The notes beneath the pieces are model-generated. The model was not told the origin of the DNA. It did not search any database and worked only from the letters and a program-made list of their open reading frames with translations. Positions 36,130-45,177 of a DNA stretch of 64,000 nt are shown in pieces. The DNA is from Bacteroidota bacterium (lineage in GTDB: Bacteria; Bacteroidota; Bacteroidia; Chitinophagales; Chitinophagaceae): positions 14,380 to 78,379 of the forward strand of contig JAFDYE010000482.1 in NCBI GenBank assembly GCA_018267585.1. Reading direction: 5' to 3'. Each line of letters opens with the position of its first letter. Position 1 is the stretch's first letter. A program made the position numbers and the translations under genes.

Positions 36130-37086
36130 ATGAGCCGGTACCTGAAAATTGCGCTGGTGCTTTTTTATGTCCTTTTGACGATCTTCTGCTGCCTGCTGAC
36201 AGTGATCCTTTCGGGCATCTACATCTCTGACTTCGCCGGCTGGTCGATCGTGACGGGCTGGACACTGTATTGCTTCGGCTCCCCCTGGCTTTTCGCCGGC
36301 CTGCACTTCTGCTTCGCCCGGGTACGCCGCCCCATACGGGTCGAAGAAGAGCAGCTGCGCTCCGCATTTACAACGGTCAGCAGGAATGCCGGATATCATA
36401 AACGCATCTGTCTGCGCGTCATCGAATCAGATGAATGGGAAGCCTTCGCCACCGGCGTCCGCACCATAGCGATCTCAAAAGCGATGCTCCGGGACCTTTC
36501 CCCCAATGAGCTGGAAGGGGTCATGGCCCACGAACTGGGACATCTCGTCAGCCATGACACGATCATTGCCGCCGCTTATACACAGGCAAGGCTGCTGACC
36601 TACTGGCTGAACATATTGTTCAGGTGGGTCGCCCGCGCCCTCGCCATCCGCTTCCGGGAAACACGCACTATCCGGACGATCAGGGGCCCGGTCAGCAGAA
36701 CCAGGCTCACCCTGCTGCGTGGCATTATCGGGATGACCCTGGCAATCCTGATGATGTACTACATTCATTACCTCTTCGGGTTTATCGCCGCTGCCCTGTT
36801 CGTAATCGTCTTCGCCATTCTCAACCGGATAGTCCGCTTCTTCGACCTGCTCTTGTCGAGAATGACAGAGTACCGGCAGGACGCGTATGCGCAACGCCTT
36901 GGTTTCGGAAAAGAGCTCCGCGACGTACTGGTAAAGCTGGCGGAAAAGGACGAACAGACCGTAAGACCCTATTTTATCGTCTTCAATAGTACCCATCCCA
37001 TCATCTACAACCGGATCCGCAGGCTCGAACAGCTCGAGGACGCCGAAGATCAGCGACGGACACAAAATACCAACATTGGACACTGA
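36130..37086 (+). CDS. M48 (HtpX-like) membrane zinc metalloprotease
   Basis: EAFATG, ELEGVMAHELGH, SRMTEYRQDAYA, STHP....RIRRL. Confidence 0.85.
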   Translation: MSRYLKIALVLFYVLLTIFCCLLTVILSGIYISDFAGWSIVTGWTLYCFGSPWLFAGLHFCFARVRRPIRVEEEQLRSAFTTVSRNAGYHKRICLRVIESDEWEAFATGVRTIAISKAMLRDLSPNELEGVMAHELGHLVSHDTIIAAAYTQARLLTYWLNILFRWVARALAIRFRETRTIRTIRGPVSRTRLTLLRGIIGMTLAILMMYYIHYLFGFIAAALFVIVFAILNRIVRFFDLLLSRMTEYRQDAYAQRLGFGKELRDVLVKLAEKDEQTVRPYFIVFNSTHPIIYNRIRRLEQLEDAEDQRRTQNTNIGH

Positions 37087-37146
37087 ACATCAACGCCAGA
37101 CACAAAAGACCAACACTGGATACTGAACATCAACGCCGGACACTGA
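37059..37146. repeat. 40-bp tandem duplication (20-bp subunits) at a convergent gene junction
   Basis: gacacaaaataccaacattggacactgaacatcaacgcca / gacacaaaagaccaacactggatactgaacatcaacgccg / gacactga. Confidence 0.8.
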
Positions 37147-37834
37147 AAACAAACCCGACTCCGTAAACATTGTCGATGCTGATATGGCTGGACGCACCCA
37201 GGTGCTTGCGGAGCCGGGAAATGAATACGTCGAGGCTCCTGCCAAGGAAATAGTCGTTCTCGCCCCATAGCTGACTGAGTATCTCTTCCCGCCGGAGTAT
37301 CCTGTTCTCATTGCGAAAAAGAAATTCCAGGAGCTCGGCCTCCCTCGGAGTAAGAGATACATCCTTCGTCCCGCTGATCGAAAGCCGCAGCGCGTCTTTT
37401 GAGAAGACGACATCCTTGCACTGAATGACTGAAGAAGGAGCAGCAGCCATCTGCGTGCCCATGCTCCGTCGGATAATGTTCTTTATTCGCAGCACCAGCT
37501 CGTCGATATCGAACGGCTTGCTGATATAGTCGTCTGCGCCAAGCCGGAGGCCATGCAGCCTATCGCTCTTTTCATTGCGGGCCGTCAAAAAAAGAAAGGG
37601 AAGCCTGAGCCCCAGCTGAACGATACTGTCGGCCAGCTGAAAGCCATCCATTTCAGGCATGGCAATGTCGATCAGCGCAAGCTGGTATTCATTTCCCGGC
37701 ACGCGGAGACGGTCAAAAGCCTGACGGCCGTCAGTTGCCCAATCGACGTCAAAATCGGATATCTCCAGGTATTGCCGGACAACATTGCCCAGGTCGGTCT
37801 CGTCTTCAACCAGCAACAAACGTGGTTTCTTCAT
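37130..37834 (-). CDS. OmpR/PhoB-family response regulator
   Basis: LVEDE, IDIAMPEMDG, FLTAR, DYISKPF, GRSLDVFISRLRK, NVYGVGF. Confidence 0.93.
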   Translation of the reverse strand: MKKPRLLLVEDETDLGNVVRQYLEISDFDVDWATDGRQAFDRLRVPGNEYQLALIDIAMPEMDGFQLADSIVQLGLRLPFLFLTARNEKSDRLHGLRLGADDYISKPFDIDELVLRIKNIIRRSMGTQMAAAPSSVIQCKDVVFSKDALRLSISGTKDVSLTPREAELLEFLFRNENRILRREEILSQLWGENDYFLGRSLDVFISRLRKHLGASSHISIDNVYGVGFVFSVRR

Positions 37835-37877
37835 ATGATCTGATAGACCGGCTCCGCCCGGTCAGCGTCTGATTTTG

Positions 37878-39308
37878 TTACAATGGGATACTGATGATAA
37901 AAGTGCTTCCACGCCCCTCTTCGCTGACGATGTCAATGGTCCAGCCGTGCGCCTCTACCGCTTGCTTCACATAGAAAAGCCCCAGGCCCAGCCCCTTGAC
38001 CGTATTCGAAGCGCCCCCCGGGCCAACATGCCGGTAGAACTTATCGAAAACATGCCGCTGGATATCCTGCGTCATTCCGATGCCGTTGTCCCGTATGCTG
38101 ATGTGAACCCCCTTTTTATCTTCAAAGGTCGTGACCGCCAGCTCCTTCTCCTCCCTCCGGTTGTATTTGATCGCATTGTCGAAGATATTCTGCAGGATAG
38201 TAGTGAACCAGAACCGGTCGAGCCAGACCGTATCCCTCGTCGCGTCTTTCAAAAGGTAAAACCGCACATTGCTGCCGGAAAGCTTGAGACGATAGTCCAG
38301 CAATATCTCGTCCAGCAGATTGTGCAGCGAATACTCTTCCTTGTTCAGCGATATCTTGTTCAGGGTGGTAATATCCAGCACCTGGCTGATCAGCGCCTGC
38401 AGCCGCAGAGACTGCCGTTGAACGACCTCTATGAGCGGACTCAGATTCCCGGGGCTCGAAATGATCTTCTCCTTTTGCATCGTCTTGTTAGCCACGATGA
38501 TCGCCGTCAGCGGCGTATGGAACTCATGGGTAATGCTGTTGATAAAATCGGATTTCATCTCCGAAAGCTTCTTCTGGTGCATCCAGTTCCGGAAAGTGAC
38601 AAAGAATAAAAAGACAACCGACAAAATGGAGAATAGCGCCAGCAGGAAGGTCGGCATCATAAGGCGCAGGATGGTAGCACGCCTGTTACGAATATCCACG
38701 TAAAGCCCAAAGCTGACCCTGTTGGAATATGCCTGGGTGTTGAACACAGATACCGCGATCACCTTGTTCCTGGGCAGCGGCACGCTTAAAGACCCGCCGA
38801 TACGGATGCCATATCTTGTCTGGATGGCAGAATCGATCAACGGATAGCGGTTCTGGTTGCTATAGAGATTGACATAAGTCAGGTCGCTGAACATCACCGA
38901 AATGTCGTCGATAAGCAGCATATATTCGAGATCGCGCTGCAAATGATGGGTACGGATGATCCGGGTAAGAACACGCGCTGCCGTATTGCTCCTTCGCAGA
39001 GCAGTGAATATGCTGTCACAGATCTTTTGCTTAAGAACCTCGAACGCCGGACGGTCATTTCTGTACAGCTGCTCCAGCTGCCGTGTATGGGGAACCAGGA
39101 AACTGTCGATCACGTGCTGCCCCCCCGGCATCACCTTGTCGTTCCGGATAGCCGCTCCATATTCCGAATTCAGTATCGACCGCTCCTCCAGGTAAAAATG
39201 ATCGTTCTTCAGCTCATACGTATTGTAGAGAAGAAAGAACTGTACCGACGAAAGTATCAGAAAACTGAAGGTCGCAATGATGATATGGGTTGTGCTGGAA
39301 TACCGCAA
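37878..39308 (-). CDS. Membrane sensor histidine kinase
   Basis: FINSITHEFHTP, NIFDNAIKY, DNGIGM, VFDKFYR, GLGLGL; TTG start. Confidence 0.92.
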   Translation of the reverse strand: MRYSSTTHIIIATFSFLILSSVQFFLLYNTYELKNDHFYLEERSILNSEYGAAIRNDKVMPGGQHVIDSFLVPHTRQLEQLYRNDRPAFEVLKQKICDSIFTALRRSNTAARVLTRIIRTHHLQRDLEYMLLIDDISVMFSDLTYVNLYSNQNRYPLIDSAIQTRYGIRIGGSLSVPLPRNKVIAVSVFNTQAYSNRVSFGLYVDIRNRRATILRLMMPTFLLALFSILSVVFLFFVTFRNWMHQKKLSEMKSDFINSITHEFHTPLTAIIVANKTMQKEKIISSPGNLSPLIEVVQRQSLRLQALISQVLDITTLNKISLNKEEYSLHNLLDEILLDYRLKLSGSNVRFYLLKDATRDTVWLDRFWFTTILQNIFDNAIKYNRREEKELAVTTFEDKKGVHISIRDNGIGMTQDIQRHVFDKFYRHVGPGGASNTVKGLGLGLFYVKQAVEAHGWTIDIVSEEGRGSTFIISIPL

Positions 39309-39475
39309 ACAAAAAGTTTAGCAATCAGTAATAGTGTCGACCTGCGAATTTATCCCTTATCTGCAATACCTTTGTCGCTCTTTAATATCCGTTAACAATC
39401 TGTTTGAAGTCTATTGACAACATGCCGTCAACTGCAATAATACCTTTAATTTCAGTCATTATTAAGCAATTCAAA

Positions 39476-42412
39476 ATGTACAGGATCCCATTTCTTCTCA
39501 GCGCAGCGCTGATCCTTCAGCTTGGCGCGACCGGCCAGTTCATAGACAGGGTAACCGACCCCGTCGACTTTGTAAACCCGCTGATGGGTACGCAGTCGAC
39601 CGGAGGCCTTTCCAGCGGCAATACCTACCCTTCCATCGCCCTGCCCTGGGGCATGAATTTCTGGACGCCTCAGACGGGTAAGATGGGAGACGGCTGGCAG
39701 TATACCTATACGGCAGAAAAGATAAAGGGCTTCAAACAGACACACCAGCCCTCCCCCTGGATGAACGACTATGGAGAGTTCAGCATCATGCCCGTCACGG
39801 GTGCCCTTCGTTACACCGAAGACAGCAGGGCGTCCTGGTTCTCCCACAAGACGGAGGTCGTAAAACCTTATTATTACAGCGTGTATCTCGCCGACCACGA
39901 CATCACGACGGAGATCACACCTACAGAACGCGCAGCCCAGTTCCGCTTCACATTCCCGCGGACAGACAGCACCTATATAGTCGTGGACGCCTATGACAGG
40001 GGTTCCTATATAAAAGTCATACCCGGCGAGAACAAGGTCGTGGGCTATTCCACACGCAACAGCGGGGGAGTACCTTCCAACTTCAGGAACTATTTCGTGA
40101 TCGTCTTCGACAAGCCCTTCGCCAGCATACATACCTGGAAAGAGAAAGACCTTACGGACGCGCTGGAGCAGACCAGCAAGCACTCAGGAGCCGTGGTCGG
40201 TTTCGGGGCCCTGCAGCGCGGCGCCGTCATCCACGCACGCGTGGCCTCTTCCTTTATCAGCATCGAACAGGCAGAGGAAAATCTGAAAGAGCTGGGCAAC
40301 GACAGCTTTGAAACTACCGCGCAAAAAGGCCGTGACATATGGAACAAGACCCTCAGCAGGATAGAAGTTCAGGGGGGCACTATCGACCAGATAAGGACCT
40401 TCTATTCCTGCCTCTACCGGATGCTGTTCTTCCCGCTGAAGCTCTACGAGAAGGACAAGTCCGGCAGGATCGTGCACTATAGCGTGTACAACGGAAGAAC
40501 AGAGGATGGTTATCTCTTCGCAGGCACCGGCTTCTGGGACACTTTCCGTGCACTTTACCCCTTCCTCAACCTCGTCTATCCTTCGATCAATAAGGAAATG
40601 CAGCAGGGACTGGTCAACGACTATAAAGAAGGGGGATGGCTGCCCGAGTGGTCGAGTCCCGGCTATCGCAGCGTAATGGTAGGTAATAACTCCGCCTCGG
40701 TCGTAGCCGATGCGTGGCTCAAAGGGATCAGAGGCTATGACATCAATCTCCTGTACGAAGCCCTGAAAAAGGACGCCAACAACATGGGACCGATCGAGGC
40801 CGTCGGACGCACAGGGGTGGAATACTACAATACGCTCGGATACGTGCCCTACGACGTCAGGATCAACGAGAACGCCGCCCGTACCCTTGAATATGCCTAC
40901 GACGACTTCAGCATCTACCGTCTCGCAAAGGCGCTTGGACGGCCGGCTTCGGAGCTCAGGCTATACGCCGGCAGGGCCATGAACTATAAAAATCTCTTCG
41001 ACCCCGAGCACAAGCTGATGAGGGGAAAGAACAAGGACGGAAAGTTCCAGACGCCCTTCAATCCTTTCAAATGGGGAGACGCCTTTACTGAGGGCAATAG
41101 CTGGCACTACAGCTGGAGCGTCTTCCACGATATCCAGGGACTGATCGACCTGATGGGAGGAAAAAAGGAATTTATAGAGATGCTGGACTCCATATTTATC
41201 ATGCCTCCAACCTTTGACGACAGTTACTACGGCGGCGTCATCCACGAGATAAGAGAAATGCAGATAGCAGGCATGGGACAGTATGCGCATGGCAACCAGC
41301 CCATCCAGCACATGCTTTATTTGTACAACTATGCCGGAGAACCCTGGAAGACCCAGTACTGGGTACGACAGGCCATGAACCGACTCTACCAGGCTACCCC
41401 CGATGGATACTGCGGTGACGAAGACAACGGTCAGACCTCTGCCTGGTATGTTTTCTCAGCCCTTGGCTTCTATTCCGTCTGCCCCGGCACGGACCAGTAT
41501 GTGCTCGGTACCCCCTTGTTCAAAAAGGCTACGATCCACCTGGAGAACGGCAAAGACTTTGTCATCAGCGCGCCGGCCAACAGCGCCACCAACCTGTATG
41601 TACAGAACGCAACGCTTCAGGGTCAGCCCTACGAAAAGAACTGGATATCCCATACCGATATCCTGCAGGGCGGTGAATTTCAGCTGACCATGGGCGAGAC
41701 GCCGAACAAGACCAAGGGGACGGACGAAAGCGCCTACCCCTATTCTTTCTCCACGGACAAAGACAACCCGCTGCACCCCGCCCGCCACGACCTTTCGGTA
41801 GACACGATCAGGAAGAATAAGTACACCCTGATCTTTATCAACAAGGATCCGGCTTTCAGCGCCGCAACAAGAAAGCAGATGATCGATGCCTTTTTTTCGG
41901 TCTATCCGCGGGAAGCAAAACGCTTCAATAAGAACACGCTGCGGACGGTCACTTTCTTCGTCGACCCTACCTACAAGGGAGTCGCAGAGACGGACAACGG
42001 CCAGGCCAGATATAACCCCGAATGGCTGAAGAAAAACCCCGAGGACATCGACGTCGTGACCCACGAAGTAATGCATATCGTGCAGGACTACCGGCACGCG
42101 AACCCCGGCTGGCTGACGGAAGGCATCGCCGACTACGTGCGGTATCAATATGGCGTGAACAATGTAAAAAGCAGGTGGACCCTTCCCGACTACCGGTCTA
42201 CCCAGAACTATGACAACGCCTATCGCGTAACTGCACGATTCCTGTTATGGGTGGAAAAGACAAAAAATAAAAAGATCGTGGACCGCCTGGACGCTGCTTT
42301 GCGGGATGGCACCTATCAGCCCGCGCTATGGGCAACGCTCACGGGAGCCTCCGTCGAGCAGCTTTGGAAAGAATATGCCGCCGCGCCTGCCCTGTCGCTG
42401 ACGTACAATTAA
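39476..42412 (+). CDS. GH92 alpha-mannosidase fused to a C-terminal BSP (basic secretory protein, zincin-like) domain
   Basis: GH92 motifs FKQTHQPSPW, TGFWDTFR, ARTLEYAYDD, TEGNSWHY, GDEDNGQTSAW; then VVTHEVMHIVQ...WLTEGIADYVR and YDNAYRVTARFL. Confidence 0.9.
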   Translation: MYRIPFLLSAALILQLGATGQFIDRVTDPVDFVNPLMGTQSTGGLSSGNTYPSIALPWGMNFWTPQTGKMGDGWQYTYTAEKIKGFKQTHQPSPWMNDYGEFSIMPVTGALRYTEDSRASWFSHKTEVVKPYYYSVYLADHDITTEITPTERAAQFRFTFPRTDSTYIVVDAYDRGSYIKVIPGENKVVGYSTRNSGGVPSNFRNYFVIVFDKPFASIHTWKEKDLTDALEQTSKHSGAVVGFGALQRGAVIHARVASSFISIEQAEENLKELGNDSFETTAQKGRDIWNKTLSRIEVQGGTIDQIRTFYSCLYRMLFFPLKLYEKDKSGRIVHYSVYNGRTEDGYLFAGTGFWDTFRALYPFLNLVYPSINKEMQQGLVNDYKEGGWLPEWSSPGYRSVMVGNNSASVVADAWLKGIRGYDINLLYEALKKDANNMGPIEAVGRTGVEYYNTLGYVPYDVRINENAARTLEYAYDDFSIYRLAKALGRPASELRLYAGRAMNYKNLFDPEHKLMRGKNKDGKFQTPFNPFKWGDAFTEGNSWHYSWSVFHDIQGLIDLMGGKKEFIEMLDSIFIMPPTFDDSYYGGVIHEIREMQIAGMGQYAHGNQPIQHMLYLYNYAGEPWKTQYWVRQAMNRLYQATPDGYCGDEDNGQTSAWYVFSALGFYSVCPGTDQYVLGTPLFKKATIHLENGKDFVISAPANSATNLYVQNATLQGQPYEKNWISHTDILQGGEFQLTMGETPNKTKGTDESAYPYSFSTDKDNPLHPARHDLSVDTIRKNKYTLIFINKDPAFSAATRKQMIDAFFSVYPREAKRFNKNTLRTVTFFVDPTYKGVAETDNGQARYNPEWLKKNPEDIDVVTHEVMHIVQDYRHANPGWLTEGIADYVRYQYGVNNVKSRWTLPDYRSTQNYDNAYRVTARFLLWVEKTKNKKIVDRLDAALRDGTYQPALWATLTGASVEQLWKEYAAAPALSLTYN

Positions 42413-42427
42413 TCCCATCTTCCCACC

Positions 42428-43813
42428 ATGAGAAAGAACTATTTATTAGCCCTCGCCTTCCTAATTCTGTTCCTATCGGGAAAGGCGCAGCCCGGCAGCG
42501 ATCTGCACACGCTCCAGCAGAGATTTATCGACCTGCGCTTTGGCATGTTCATCCATTTCAACATCCCAACCTTTATGAACCAGGACTGGGCGGACCCCGA
42601 TGCGCCTCCGTCGATCTTCGATCCCCGCAAGCTGGACTGCACCCAGTGGGCACGGGCAGCCAGGTCGGCACACATGTCGTACGGCTGTCTGACAACCAAA
42701 CACCACAGCGGCTTCTGCATTTGGGATACAAAGACTACTGACTACAACGTCATGCACAGCCCGCTTCACCGGGACGTGGTCCGCGAATACGTCGATGCCT
42801 TCCGGGCGCAGGGACTCAAGACCTGTCTCTACTATTCCATACTCGACACCCACCACAAGCTGAGGCCCGGCTTCATAACCAGACAGCATATCGAAATGAT
42901 AAAGGCGCAGCTCACAGAGCTGCTCACCAACTACGGAGAGATCACCGCCCTGATCATCGACGGCTGGGACGCCCCTTGGTCCCGGATATCCTATGACGAC
43001 GTCCCTTTTGAAGACATCTATCGGCTGATCAAGTCTCTACAGCCTAACTGCCTGGTGATGGACCTCAATTCCGCCAAATATCCACCTGAAACCCTTTTCT
43101 ACACGGATATCAAATCCTACGAACAGGGTGCAGGCCAAAAGATATCCACGGCGACCAACAGGCTTCCGGCACTGTCCTGCCTGCCGCTGAACTCAGCCTG
43201 GTTCTGGAAAACGGATTTTCCGACCTCACCGGTTAAAGACCCGAAGATGCTCGTCGATGAAGACATCGTTCCCTATAACCGGATCTATGACAACTTCATC
43301 CTCAACGTAGCGCCCAACCGCGACGGACTCATCGACGATAACGCCCTGACCGCCCTCGCTGAGATAGGACGCATCTGGAAGAACGACGGTCCCGTCGCGA
43401 CACTGCCGCCGGCAGAAACGCCCGTTATCTCTCACAACCTCGCCAAACACCAGCCGGCCAACGCCAGCTGGAGCGACGACATGAATATTATGGATTTTGG
43501 CAACGACGATAACTTCCATACGGCCTGGCAGTCGAATGCAACCGTCAGAAAGCCCTGGTACGAGGTCGAGCTGGGGGCGGAAAAACCATTCAACGCAGTA
43601 GTCATCACCGAAATCCAGGACAATATCAGCCGGTACCGCCTCGAATACCGGACTCACGGTCAGTGGAAGCCATTGTTCGACGGTGAAAAGAAAGGGCGGG
43701 TGAAGATACACCGCTTCGAAAGGGTCTGGGGCGACGGGGTCCGGATCGTAGTAGAAGGATTTGCAGCGCCTCCCGCAATCGCAGAGCTCGGCGTGTACGA
43801 CGAAAGAAGATGA
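42428..43813 (+). CDS. Alpha-L-fucosidase (GH29) with C-terminal F5/8-type (CBM32-like) domain
   Basis: RFGMFIHF, LTTKHHSGFCIWD, LYYS, IIDGW, LNVAPNRDG; C-terminal DDNFHTAW...WYEVEL...IAELGVY. Confidence 0.88.
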   Translation: MRKNYLLALAFLILFLSGKAQPGSDLHTLQQRFIDLRFGMFIHFNIPTFMNQDWADPDAPPSIFDPRKLDCTQWARAARSAHMSYGCLTTKHHSGFCIWDTKTTDYNVMHSPLHRDVVREYVDAFRAQGLKTCLYYSILDTHHKLRPGFITRQHIEMIKAQLTELLTNYGEITALIIDGWDAPWSRISYDDVPFEDIYRLIKSLQPNCLVMDLNSAKYPPETLFYTDIKSYEQGAGQKISTATNRLPALSCLPLNSAWFWKTDFPTSPVKDPKMLVDEDIVPYNRIYDNFILNVAPNRDGLIDDNALTALAEIGRIWKNDGPVATLPPAETPVISHNLAKHQPANASWSDDMNIMDFGNDDNFHTAWQSNATVRKPWYEVELGAEKPFNAVVITEIQDNISRYRLEYRTHGQWKPLFDGEKKGRVKIHRFERVWGDGVRIVVEGFAAPPAIAELGVYDERR

Positions 43814-43827
43814 CCCGGCCGGGTTCC

Positions 43828-44568
43828 TCAAATAACGAACCCCGTCAGATCGAGATCGGCCTGATTAACCCCTTCCTTCATATCCTGGTATTTGATGCGG
43901 AAAAAAGTCCGGCCACCATCCGCTGCTACCCCCATATCGATCTCTATAACCCGGGCAGTGACCTTATAGTTTTGGAGCGTGCTGTTCACATCCACTTTCT
44001 GAAACCTCCAGCTATACCCTTGTGTCAGGTGAAAAGCCGCAAGCTGGCCGGCCTTCATCGGCCCCGCAAAAGGAAGAGTGTCACCCGCAAAAATGATCCT
44101 TTGCTGCTGCAGGTCGGCTTCGAGATAGCCAAAGATCCGCGCCTCGTCCTCCCCTCTGAAATGAAGCACATTCCTTTCCCGGGCGACAGTGACATTCTTC
44201 TCGGCAATGATCACCAGGCCCGGAGGCTGCTTCTCCAGCTGCTGCAGCCTCTGGTATTCTTCTGCGCTGATGCCAAAACGCGCATCGTAAGGAAGAGGCT
44301 TGTCACCGGCAGAAAATTTCTTCCTGTACTCTTCGAACCACTGCTTGTTCGCACCGACAGCACTATCGAACCTGCCGAGAATATCCTTCACCTCCTTCGG
44401 GATGTCCGGTCCGGCAATCCCATAGGTAAACGTCCGGCCGATAACCGAGTCAACCAACCGAAAAGCCCCCACCAACCCGGCAATTGTCCCCGGCTGGTTC
44501 GCACCCGTTTGCCCAAAACCCAAACCCGCCACCGATACCAACAAAATAGAAAGAAACCCCCTTTGCAT
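43828..44568 (-). CDS. Hypothetical exported protein
   Basis: Signal peptide MQRGFLSILLVSVAGLGFGQ. The track ORF's extra N-terminus reads through the tRNA antisense and is discarded. Confidence 0.65.
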   Translation of the reverse strand: MQRGFLSILLVSVAGLGFGQTGANQPGTIAGLVGAFRLVDSVIGRTFTYGIAGPDIPKEVKDILGRFDSAVGANKQWFEEYRKKFSAGDKPLPYDARFGISAEEYQRLQQLEKQPPGLVIIAEKNVTVARERNVLHFRGEDEARIFGYLEADLQQQRIIFAGDTLPFAGPMKAGQLAAFHLTQGYSWRFQKVDVNSTLQNYKVTARVIEIDMGVAADGGRTFFRIKYQDMKEGVNQADLDLTGFVI

Positions 44569-44593
44569 AGCTCCAACAACCATATCCAATACT

Positions 44594-44626
44594 TTTGGCA
44601 AATAACGGAAAAAATCCCTACCTTTG
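44594..44626 (+). promoter_or_regulatory. Bacteroidota housekeeping promoter of the tRNA
   Basis: TTTG (44594..44597) and TACCTTTG (44619..44626), 21-nt spacer. Confidence 0.75.
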
Positions 44627-44646
44627 CACCCCGTTCCACCAACTAT

Positions 44647-44717
44647 TGCCCAATAGTATAATGGTAGTACGTCAGATTCTGGATCTGAGTGTCTTGGTTC
44701 GAATCCAGGTTGGGCAA
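44647..44717 (+). tRNA. tRNA-Gln (anticodon CTG)
   Basis: Acceptor stem TGCCCAA/TTGGGCA; anticodon arm TCAGA-TTCTGGA-TCTGA; T-loop GGTTCGAATCC; CCA not encoded. Confidence 0.95.
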
Positions 44718-44907
44718 CAAGTGACCCCTCGCTTCGCGAGGGGTCTTTTTTTTGCACGGAAGCGAAGCGAGTTTACTCGCGTGAGCGGACGGGCAAAAAA
44801 AGACCATCCGGCGCCAGCCGGATGAGGTCACTCGGGTAATGTAGGGCAGGGGGGATCAGCCCGTCCCACGACGAAGGAGTGGGCGGGATAATCCAGGTTG
44901 GGCAACA
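44702..44907. mobile_element. Miniature tRNA-integrated element or island scar, bounded by an 18-bp direct repeat of the tRNA 3' end
   Basis: aatccaggttgggcaaca at 44702..44719 and 44890..44907, with a separate terminator after each copy. About 170 bp of hairpin-rich non-coding DNA between them. Confidence 0.65.
44723..44753 (+). terminator. Intrinsic terminator after tRNA-Gln
   Basis: gacccctcgc-ttc-gcgaggggtc followed by T8. Confidence 0.9.
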
Positions 44908-44923
44908 GAAAAAAAGTAATTTG

Positions 44924-44956
44924 CCTTGTAATACAAACTGTTACAAGGTTTTTTTT
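44924..44956 (+). terminator. Second intrinsic terminator, after the displaced tRNA 3' fragment
   Basis: ccttgtaa-N9-ttacaagg followed by T8. Confidence 0.7.
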
Positions 44957-45110
44957 AATGGGTACACCAGGCGACAGCCAACCCACCCGAAAAACTACCA
45001 CTTAGTTGTATTGTCCCCGGAAAATACCCGCGTTAGCTTTGTGGCACCTAACAGACCATAGGGTACGACTCCAAACATAAAACTACGGACGGTTTTACAG
45101 TGAAGAACAG

Positions 45111-45148
45111 AAAGGCCGGGCACAGCGACAAGCGAAGCCCGGCTTTTT
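45111..45148. terminator. Hairpin terminator downstream of the M28 gene, possibly bidirectional
   Basis: aaaggccgggc-N15-gcccggcttttt. Confidence 0.6.
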
Positions 45149-45177
45149 GTTAAAAAACCGCGTCGCCGGAAAGGTTA

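Noticed and set aside
37059-37146. Possible CRISPR array
   Set aside because: Units are contiguous with no unique spacers, and there are no cas genes in the window.
44569-44757. N-terminal extension of the 43828..44757 ORF
   Set aside because: It is the antisense reading of tRNA-Gln and its promoter. A proper signal peptide starts at 44568.
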